A stretch of DNA of 63,942 bases, the filler included, from Reclinomonas americana ATCC 50394 (taxonomy: Eukaryota): NCBI GenBank assembly GCA_048213135.1. It is 15 parts of 15 records of this genome, joined end to end, with 100 filler letters (N's around TTAATTAATTAA, not from the genome) between each part and the next. Parts side by side here need not be neighbours in the genome. Positions count along the whole stretch, not along the records: positions 62,766 to 63,942 come from AFZH01017966.1; 14 more parts are not named here. One strand, 5' to 3'. A program made the position numbers and the translations under genes. Positions within the stretch are counted from its first letter, which is position 1. Every line of letters begins with the position of its first letter. Positions 63,520 to 63,942 of the stretch are shown piece by piece. The notes under the pieces are model-generated. The model saw nothing but the letters and a program-made list of their open reading frames with translations, had not been told where the DNA came from and searched no databases.

Positions 63520-63813
63520 ATGCAATCACTGACGCGAAGATGGGCACTGTTTGCGCGTCCTTTGCCGCCTCTCATGCGCACAATGATGACTAGTGTGGAC
63601 GACAGTGAGGAGTCTGTGGTGAAGACAGTGGCCGCAGTGAGCTCGCTGCTGACTGCACCAGTGTGGACGCGATTGGATGCTCTATCTGTGCGATATGAGC
63701 GTGTGTTGGGTGACATGCAGAGGGGGGTGGTGCTCGATGCGGAGCAGGCCAAGGAGATGGCGCGTTTGTCGGAGTTGAGAGAGCGGGTGTTGTCGTGTCG
63801 GAAGTTGATGGAG
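63520..63813 (+). CDS. First exon of a probable mitochondrial peptide chain release factor 1
   Basis: Not in the ORF track. Presequence-like MQSLTRRWALFARPLPPLMRTMMTS, then RLDALSVRYERVLGDM..AKEMARLSEL, resembling the RF1 N-terminal helices. Donor gttagg at 63814. Confidence 0.55.
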
Positions 63814-63942
63814 GTTAGGAGAGTGGGAGGTGAAGGGGAGAGGGAGGGAAGGGAAGGGGAAGGGGAGGGAGGGAGGGAGGGAGGGAGGGAGGAGGGAGAG
63901 AGAGAGAGGAGGGAGGAGGAAGGTGAGGCACGTAGGGAAGTG

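Overview
Intron-rich eukaryotic (probably heterotrophic protist) draft scaffold, not prokaryotic. It has GC-rich exons, many 55-80 nt introns plus longer repeat-filled introns, abundant (GA)n/(CA)n microsatellites, and 14 artificial 100-nt gap linkers (N..TTAATTAATTAA..N). I spliced the genes by hand. Recognisable genes: MPP10, a decayed Crinkler-type NTPase-REase gene, two convergent beta-helix/Cys-rich/multi-TM receptor paralogs, a tandem CBM20 protein, a homeobox gene, a proline-rich protein with at least 12 WH2-like repeats, a coiled-coil/CAP-Gly/EF-hand protein, TFIIIC subunit 5, the TAF1B/Rrn7 N-terminus, an organellar ribosome recycling factor and a probable mitochondrial release factor 1. 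The main observation is in the splice signals. Of about 90 introns reconstructed, 22 appear to use a one-nucleotide-shifted 5' splice site (mostly GTTGCGT; also GTTGCGC/G, GTTTCGT, GTTGAGT, GTTAAGT, GTTTTGA). These usually lack the exonic -1 G and coexist with ordinary G|GTGCGT / G|GTGAGT donors. All gene models are manual and lack transcript support.
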